Source: Candidatus Bathyarchaeota archaeon (GTDB lineage Archaea; Thermoproteota; Bathyarchaeia; 40CM-2-53-6). From it: DNA of 64,000 nt. The notes beneath the pieces are model-generated. The model saw only the letters and a list, made by a program, of their open reading frames with translations. It was not told the origin of the DNA and did no database searches. Below are positions 57,389-64,000 of this stretch, in pieces. Both the position numbers and the translations under genes were made by a program. How positions within the stretch are numbered: the first letter of the stretch is position 1; each line of letters opens with the position of its first letter. The DNA lies in contig CAWIHH010000004.1 in NCBI GenBank assembly GCA_963835925.1, positions 377,289 to 441,288 of the forward strand, in the 5' to 3' direction.

Positions 57389-58783
57389 GCCGGATTAACC
57401 CTTTTTTCTGCGTGATCGAAATAGTCGTCACTAGACTTCTCGACCCGGTAACTCTCGGTTGGCTCATCTGAGAATAGCCTGTTGTAGGTAACAGACCTGA
57501 CTTGGGGGTTCTGTGGAAGTAGGGTGCCCGAGAGAATAAGCCTTCAATCGCGGCTTTGGTGTTGCTGAATAGGGTTCCCCAGAGCACTACGCCCAGGTAT
57601 CCCAAATGCAGCATTCGTCGGAGTTTGGACACGCCAGATTGGGAAAATGCGGACAGAGTGACCACTGAAGCCATGAATGGAGCGGTATAGATGACGAGCG
57701 AGAACAGCAATGTCAACCATGCGACTTGGTATCTCCAATATCCTTCGAGCCAGAACGACGGTGGAAAAATCGAATAGTAGAGGAGACCCACAACAATTCC
57801 GATTATGGTTAAGGGAGACATGAAATAGGTAGCTAGATGCATTATTGCTTCTAACTTCTGGAAAAAACCCAGGTTCTTGCTGCGAACTATTGCACCGGCA
57901 TATCGCCTCAGGCATTCGGAGAATCCTTGCGCCCAGCGAAATTGCTGGAGTTTTAGCCCGTCAAAGCTTCTTGGGATTTCTCCAGGACAGGCGACGGTTG
58001 GTACGTATATGTAGCGCCAGCCTCTCAAGTGAAGCCTGATGGAGAGATCAAGGTCCTCCGTGAGGCTGTCACTCGTCCAGCCGCCAACGTCCTCGATGGC
58101 TTCTCTCCTGAAGACGCCGCACGTTCCGCTGAAGTGTGCAAGCAGATTGCCGACGGAACGGGCTCTCTGGTCCACGAAGGCGTAAATGTCTATTGCGAGG
58201 GAGATAGCTTTGGCAAACCAAGAAAACTGCCCGTCCAGGTATGTCCATCTGGCTTGGGCGAAGGCCGCCCCCTTGTCTAGATACATATAGGGGATCATCT
58301 GCTTCAGGAAACTACGGGGAGGTACGTAGTCGGCGTCAAATAGTGAAATGAATTCCCCGTGGCTATGTTGCATTGCGACCGTGAGTGCTCCCGCTTTGAA
58401 CCCAGTTCGATCGTCTCTGTGATACAGCTTAACGAGATTTGGATACTTTGTTTCAAATTCGCGTGCTACATCCGTCGTTCGGTCGGTTGAATCGTCCACT
58501 ATGATTATCTCGAGTTTGTCCGAGGGTAGTCGAAGTTCACGCAAGCATCGATCAGTCTCCCGGCTACGTTTTCTTCATTGTAGAATGGCAGGTGGACCGA
58601 GACCAGCGGCCACGAGTCCCTTTCCGGTGGCTTGGGAAGCTTTCTTCCCCTGATTGAAAGCAGGCTGAGAAACCACATGTTGCATCCATATATGGCGACT
58701 ATGCCAGTCACCATGGTTGCCAGTGTAAGGACTAGTTGCTGCACGGTGGTTAGATCGGCTGGGAACCAATTCATGAACATCAA
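57375..58783 (-). CDS. membrane GT2 glycosyltransferase (processive, cellulose/chitin-synthase-like); frame broken once (fragments 58505-58783 and 57375-58544)
   Basis: The N-fragment ends VSVHLPFYNEENVAGRLIDACVNFDYP and the next frame continues SDKLEIIIVDDSTDRT. It then has FDADYVP (DxD), TEDLDLS and QQFRWAQG (QxxRW), followed by C-terminal helices. Confidence 0.8.
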
Positions 58784-58885
58784 CGTGGAAATCGATAAAC
58801 CACAATGGTAACTTGGCGATGCTCCTGCAGCACACGTTCTATCTCTGAAAATCCAGACTAGGACTTATAGAGCTTTGTCTAATGG

Positions 58886-59437
58886 TTGTCTTTGTGGTGG
58901 GCAATGCCAATCGGGCGCATCGAAAATCGAACAATGTTAGTGCTGGGTGTGATCTGCGTGGCTCTCGCTTGTTCGATAGTTGCGTATTATGCGATTGCGA
59001 TTCCGTTTGAGAAATCTTTTGGCGAGCGGTATGTGAAGACTGAGATTCCATTGATCTTTCCCTTCTTCGTATTAATGTCGTTCAAGCCGGTGACCATCAT
59101 TACATATTTGAGCTTCGCCGGCGTGGTGCTCATTTTAGAGGCGAGCACGGATCGGTTGAGGATGCTCGAAACGCGCGGGGCGAAAATCCTGCTGCTACTC
59201 GTAACGTTCGCCTCTGGATATGAAGTGATTTGGAATTTCTTCGCATGGTTTACAGCCTGGGAGGCAAGGGGCGGGACTCTCGACGTCATACCTAACGTGA
59301 CCCATGAATACGCTTTTCTGCCGGCCAACTTCGATTTCGCGACGAAGATCACTTTCCTCATTTTCGCCTCGTCTCTTTACGCGAGCCTCTTTTTGCAAAA
59401 CCTCGAACAAACCACAAGGATCAATCACAGCACTTGA
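58886..59437 (+). CDS. membrane protein, paralogue of 16172-16789
   Basis: 183 aa with blocks shared with ORF 16172-16789 (see that entry). It is divergent from the GT2 gene. Confidence 0.5.
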   Translation: MSLWWAMPIGRIENRTMLVLGVICVALACSIVAYYAIAIPFEKSFGERYVKTEIPLIFPFFVLMSFKPVTIITYLSFAGVVLILEASTDRLRMLETRGAKILLLLVTFASGYEVIWNFFAWFTAWEARGGTLDVIPNVTHEYAFLPANFDFATKITFLIFASSLYASLFLQNLEQTTRINHST

Positions 59438-59454
59438 CGAGCTGTGGTCGTGTC

Positions 59455-61608
59455 CTATATCTCGACCGAGTGGTTTCTTCCCGAAGCTGATGGCGTCCTA
59501 TTTTGTGACCTTGCGCGAAGTGCAACCTTTCCGGGTTCTTGAGAATTAGATTTGTTGACGAAGCAGTTCGAACACGAGATCATCGGGCGTCGCCCTTTGG
59601 ATCGGACTTGGACCATTTGAAATCCGCACTCTGGACAACCTTTTCCTAGAAGATTCAAGGTGCCGAGCTGTGGTAAGGGGAGGGAGAATCCGCATTTCTT
59701 CTCCCATTTTCCTGAACATCCAATAAAGCGCTTCTTGGTCTTCGAATTCTTTACCACTCTAAGTTTTGACCCGCATCTGGGGCATGGAACGGTGAGGGTG
59801 GTCGAAGCTTGCCAGGTTTCTCGAATTATATGCGTTAGCTCTTTTCCGATCTCCTCTTCGTTTGTTTTGAGGTCTTCGATGATGGGTTTCAGATAGTTAA
59901 TCGTCTCGAGAACTACATGCTCACGGGTCTGTTTCCCCTGCTCAATCTGAGCCATCATCGATTCGAGTTCACGTGTGAATGTCACGTCAATAACTCTGGG
60001 GCAGAATTTCGTTAAGATTTCCGTGACTCTGAATGCAAGTTGGGTCGGGGCCATCCTTTGATCCTTGACGTAGCCGCGGCGGAGAAGCGTTTCTATTATG
60101 TCGGCACGTGTTGCTTTCGTTCCGATTTCAGCGTCCTCCATGGTCTTGAGCAGGCTGCTCGGGTTGTATCTGGGAGAAGGCTGGGTATACTTCTCTTCCA
60201 AAGCAATCTTCTGGACGGTCACTTCTTGACTCTCTCTCAGCGGAGGCAAGTTGATGTCCTCGAATCTTGCGTACGGCGTGTAGAGAGAGATCCAGCCTTT
60301 CTTCAAAGTTCGAGATCCGTGTAAGAAGAACGTGTAATCACCCACTTTGATGGTCGCTTTATTGCTCTGCTTGGTCGCGGCCTCACCGAATGTTGCGAGG
60401 AAGCGTCGAACAATCAGGTCGAAGATCTTCTTTTCGCTAGGGTCGAGGCCTCTCTTCGGAGTTGATCCAGTTGGATAGATTGCTGGATGCGCCGGGTCTT
60501 CCTTTTGTCCTTCATTTGGGAGAAGAGATTTAGAAACCATCAGCCTGGTCGTCGCCGATCGGTATTCTTCCATTTGGCTAAGGTTCTGCAGAATTTCCAC
60601 GTAGCCGATTGAAGGCGGGAGTTTCTGGCTGGAAGTTCTTGGATAGGAGATGAGCTGATCTAGGTACAGCCTCTCCGCTATGCTCAAGGCAAATCGTGGT
60701 GTGAGCAGGAAATGCCTGTACGCTTCCGTTTGCAAGGCTGTGAGATCGAAGGGTGTTGGAGGGGATAAACGATAGGTCCGTGATTCGAGTTTTTCGATTG
60801 CCCCCTTCTTCCCTGCGCAGTCCTTGATTGTTGATTCAGCTTTGGCTTTCACTTCGAAACGTTCGACCTCGCTTTCGGCTTCGATCGCTTGGCCGTCCAC
60901 ATCCATGATAGTCTTAATGGTCCAATACGGGGTGGGAACGAAAGTGGTAATCTCTTTCTCCCGGTCTACGACAAACCGGAGTGTCGGACCTTGGACTCTG
61001 CCGGTGCTGAGCGTGGAATAACGTTTACTGGCATTGTACGCGGCTTGAGTGAGTGCTCGGGATAGATTTATCCCGTAAAGCCAGTCCACCTCATGACGAC
61101 ACATACCGGCATAGGCTAACTGGAAGTCAAGTTCCAACGAGATCTTCGAGTATGCATCCTGCAATTCCTTGGCGGTAAGGGTGGAGAATTTCATTCGTTG
61201 GGCTTTCTTGTCGGCACCGTGACAGGCGTACTTCAAGATCGTGTAGCCGATCAGCGATCCTTCAACATCGTAGTCGCAGGCGTTAATGAAACGGTCGACA
61301 CGTTCGGAAACTTTCGCGATCGATTCGATGAATTTCCGTTGCCTTTCCTGCCCACGCTCGACAAGATGTTTGGGCTTCCATTCAAAGTCCCAGACAGGAT
61401 ACTTTGTCCTTGCTTCGCCTCCTTTGGAGGCAACTGCATATAAGTGCCCGAGCGCGGAACAGACAACAATCCGGTCCTCTCCATCTTCAACCTCATAGAA
61501 AGGAACACCTCCAACACTGATTTTCTTTGGTGCATGTTTTGCTCCAAGGGCTTCCGCGACATGCAGTGCTGCGTCAGGTTTTTCAGTGACAATGAGAGTC
61601 GTCACCAT
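59455..61608 (-). CDS. topA: type IA DNA topoisomerase (archaeal TopA/Topo III-like) with C-terminal zinc ribbons
   Basis: 717 aa. Has a Toprim start (LIVTEKPDAA, DYDVEGSLIG), the active-site region ISYPRTSSQKL and C-terminal CPRCGSKL...CPECG motifs. Confidence 0.9.
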   Translation of the reverse strand: MVTTLIVTEKPDAALHVAEALGAKHAPKKISVGGVPFYEVEDGEDRIVVCSALGHLYAVASKGGEARTKYPVWDFEWKPKHLVERGQERQRKFIESIAKVSERVDRFINACDYDVEGSLIGYTILKYACHGADKKAQRMKFSTLTAKELQDAYSKISLELDFQLAYAGMCRHEVDWLYGINLSRALTQAAYNASKRYSTLSTGRVQGPTLRFVVDREKEITTFVPTPYWTIKTIMDVDGQAIEAESEVERFEVKAKAESTIKDCAGKKGAIEKLESRTYRLSPPTPFDLTALQTEAYRHFLLTPRFALSIAERLYLDQLISYPRTSSQKLPPSIGYVEILQNLSQMEEYRSATTRLMVSKSLLPNEGQKEDPAHPAIYPTGSTPKRGLDPSEKKIFDLIVRRFLATFGEAATKQSNKATIKVGDYTFFLHGSRTLKKGWISLYTPYARFEDINLPPLRESQEVTVQKIALEEKYTQPSPRYNPSSLLKTMEDAEIGTKATRADIIETLLRRGYVKDQRMAPTQLAFRVTEILTKFCPRVIDVTFTRELESMMAQIEQGKQTREHVVLETINYLKPIIEDLKTNEEEIGKELTHIIRETWQASTTLTVPCPRCGSKLRVVKNSKTKKRFIGCSGKWEKKCGFSLPLPQLGTLNLLGKGCPECGFQMVQVRSKGRRPMISCSNCFVNKSNSQEPGKVALRARSQNRTPSASGRNHSVEI

Positions 61609-61842
61609 CTAGTTTGCCGCTCCCTTTCCGCGGATGCAGTAAATCACGTCTTTGACCGATTGGCCGGTCTCCGGCAAGACCTTGATTTTATCGAAGCATT
61701 CCTCTTTGCTGATTCTTCCTTCGTAGGCTTTGTTCCATGAAGAGAATGCGCTTTCAAGATTTCTCATGGCGGCGTTGTGGAGGCTGCAGAATTCCGAAGG
61801 AGATTCTCTTGGCCTTTCACATAGAGGACACTGATCGGCCAT
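61609..61842 (-). CDS. small Cys-containing protein, unknown function
   Basis: 77 aa from ATG 61842 (MADQCPLCERPRESPSEFCSLH..). The longer track ORF overlaps the upstream membrane gene. Its stop abuts the topA start. Confidence 0.35.
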   Translation of the reverse strand: MADQCPLCERPRESPSEFCSLHNAAMRNLESAFSSWNKAYEGRISKEECFDKIKVLPETGQSVKDVIYCIRGKGAAN

Positions 61843-61931
61843 GCCATCTACCAGAGATGAGCCTTCCCTCTGAAAGGAAACTGGGGACCTTTTAGCCGTT
61901 ATTGGCAGACTTAGCCTAGAACACGTGCGAG

Positions 61932-62486
61932 TTACTGTTTCCGAACTCTTCGAGTGGCTCTGCCCAAGGCCCACACGCCCAACACCAAGGCCGCAGGCGC
62001 CAGAGTCTGAGAGAGCGAGTACTGCCACAGCAAATTCATAGTCATCCATGATTGAACGCTGCTGAGAAGGGAGTTACCGAAACCTAGAACCTGCGTGCTA
62101 CCCTTTTCAGCTGCGCTTAGACTGCTCCAAAACCAATTAGATCGAATCAGGGCGGGAATAAATAAAACAAGAATGAATAGAGTCGTGGAGAAGGCTATCG
62201 CTCTCACAAGTCGCATTCGGCCCATGGGATCAATCTCGATCCCCCTTCGAGGGAAGATCCGGTAGTAAGCTTCGTACCAAGTGACAAGAGAGAGCAATAC
62301 TACGCCGAACACGGGCAACCATAGAAGTGGCACTGACACATTGATGCTGTTCAGCATGAGCGTTTGGGTCTTTAGTTCAAGTCCTTTTGCGACTACATAG
62401 GTAAGGTAGAACCAATCAAGCAGGGAAATCAATACACTGACTCCCAAGATCGAGGACATCTTTATTGTGAATGAGCTTATTGCCAA
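61932..62486 (-). CDS. four-helix membrane protein, unknown function
   Basis: 184-aa hydrophobic ORF. Confidence 0.4.
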   Translation of the reverse strand: MAISSFTIKMSSILGVSVLISLLDWFYLTYVVAKGLELKTQTLMLNSINVSVPLLWLPVFGVVLLSLVTWYEAYYRIFPRRGIEIDPMGRMRLVRAIAFSTTLFILVLFIPALIRSNWFWSSLSAAEKGSTQVLGFGNSLLSSVQSWMTMNLLWQYSLSQTLAPAALVLGVWALGRATRRVRKQ

Positions 62487-62615
62487 CAGCTAAACTTCCA
62501 GTTTCCGTCCTTCAAGACTTGTTTCGCTACCCGTAATCCATTGATCTATAAGAATATCTCAGTCTAAACCTTTAGTATCATTGAAGAAACATTTGGAGTT
62601 CACAGGAGAGGACGC

Positions 62616-64000
62616 GTGAAAGCCGACATTATTGGACGTGGAACCTGGCTCGACATGGTTGCCCACCGCGTCCTCGAACGTGAAAAACAACTTGGAAGGA
62701 AAGTTGACGCGCTCCGAACCGAGAGCGGCCTCGGGGCATCTGGGATTCCCCACATCGGAAGCCTGGGAGACGTAATCCGTGCCTACGGCATCAAACTCGC
62801 ATCTAGAGACCCAAGGGCACAAGTCGGAATTCATCGCCTTCTCTGACGACTTGGACGGATTGAGGAAGGTTCCCTCGGGGATGCCTGAATCGCTCCAGAA
62901 ATTCATTGGCCATCCGGTGTCGGCAATTCCGGACCCTTACAATTGTCATGAAAGCTACGGCTTGCACATGAATTCGCTTCTCCGAGAGGCCATGGATAAG
63001 TGCTGTGTTGAATATGCGTTCCACTCGGCCAGTGAAGATTATCGGAAGGGGCTCTTCACGGAACAAATACGAAAAATACTCTCCGCAGCTGATCGGGTGG
63101 GGAAGATCGTCAAGGATGAGGTGGGTCAAGAGAAGTACACGACCATGTTGCCCTACTTCCCGATATGCGGATCGTGCGGAAGAATCTACACGACCCGAAG
63201 CTTAGAGTTCGAACCATCCACGGACAAAGTACAATACGCTTGCGAAGGCGAGGCTGAAATCAAAGGCCAAACTTTGGAGGGTTGCGGATTCAAAGGCGAG
63301 GCTGACATAAAAGACGGGCGTGGCAAAGTGCCGTGGAAGGCGGAATTCGCGACCCGCTGGGATGCGCTAAAGATAAACTTCGAAGCACACGGCAAAGAAC
63401 TCACCGATTCAGTCCGAATCAACGACAGAGTGTGCGAAGAGATCTTGGGCTATCCCGCACCCTACCATGTGCGCTACGAGCTTTTCCTTGACAAGGGTGG
63501 AAAGAAGATTTCCAAATCGAAGTCAGCATTGGACGTGATTACCCCGCAGACTTGGTTCAAGTACGCCCCCCCACCGTCGCTGAATTTGCTAATGTTCAAA
63601 CGCATCACGGGAGCTCGAAACCTTGGCGTCGAGGACATTCCCACGTACGTTAACGAACTTGATCAATTGGAAGAGACGTACTTCAACCAACGGACGGTTG
63701 CTGATGAGAAAGAGCTGGCTAAGCTGAAGAGGTTTGTACGAGTATTCATGGTTTCTAAAACCTCCATCTACTCCAGGAATTCACATCCCATACAGCCTAC
63801 TCGTCTATCTAGTCACCGTAGCACCGCCCGACAAGATGAAGGAATATGTTGAATCCAAGCTTCGCGAGTACGGTCACCTGAAAGAATGCACCGACCTTGG
63901 ACATTCAGGATCGACTTGAATACGCCAAGAATTGGGCTAAGGACTTCAAAGAGATACCTGAAACACAGATTGAGATTACGAACCCACAAAAGCTGGCCGT
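62616..64000 (+). CDS. lysK: class I lysyl-tRNA synthetase, 3'-truncated by window; at least three frame breaks (fragments 62616-62846, 62779-63852, 63734-63919, then to window end)
   Basis: Has GASGIPHIGSLGD (HIGH-like) and GGKKISKSKS (KMSKS-like). The frames hand over at ..IRAYGIKLA / QGHKSEFIAFSDDLDGLRKVP, at ..ELAKLKR / LYEYSWFLKPPSTPGIHIPYSLLVYLVTVAPPDKMKEYVESKL, and at ..GHLKE / ..QDRLEYAKNWAKDF. Confidence 0.85.

Noticed and set aside
1-64000. Looked for rRNA, tRNA and CRISPR arrays in all gaps longer than 100 nt (for example 1767-2300, 4036-4593, 30035-30252, 32563-32848, 54638-55205).
   Set aside because: I could find no cloverleaf-like GC-rich acceptor/T-arm pattern, no rRNA-like conserved blocks and no regularly spaced direct repeats. 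This was a by-eye scan only.

Overview
This is an archaeal chromosomal segment. It carries a thermosome, RpoK, ribosomal protein S25e, a family-B DNA polymerase, class I LysRS and CofE, uses many TTG/GTG starts, and has BRE/TATA-like promoters. Layout: 0.1-11.8 kb holds transporters, GdhA, TrmI and other housekeeping genes. 11.8-35.2 kb is a large cell-envelope island. 35-64 kb is housekeeping again, plus one IS5-family insertion sequence next to the thermosome promoter and a Tat-exported two-subunit molybdoenzyme that looks pyrogallol-transhydroxylase-like. The envelope island contains a Dol-P-sugar-type GT2, three GT-C-like polytopic membrane proteins with secreted partner proteins, and two archaeosortase homologues. 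One homologue is canonical (Cys/Arg/His); the other has Ser at the catalytic Cys position. The island also has two PEF-CTERM proteins, one of them a >1,100-aa S-layer-like glycoprotein candidate, and two KaiC/RecA-type ATPases. One ATPase is fused behind a large extracellular domain and a membrane helix. I regard this sortase/PEF-CTERM/KaiC locus as the best candidate for an undescribed system. Caveat: I found about 17 single-nucleotide frame disruptions in conserved genes, several of them essential (thermosome, LysRS, PolB, PyrF, S25e). This points to an indel-prone assembly rather than real pseudogenes, so I merged the affected ORF-track fragments and say so in each entry. I saw no rRNA, tRNA or CRISPR array. 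All family assignments rest on motif recognition by eye and memory; no searches were run.
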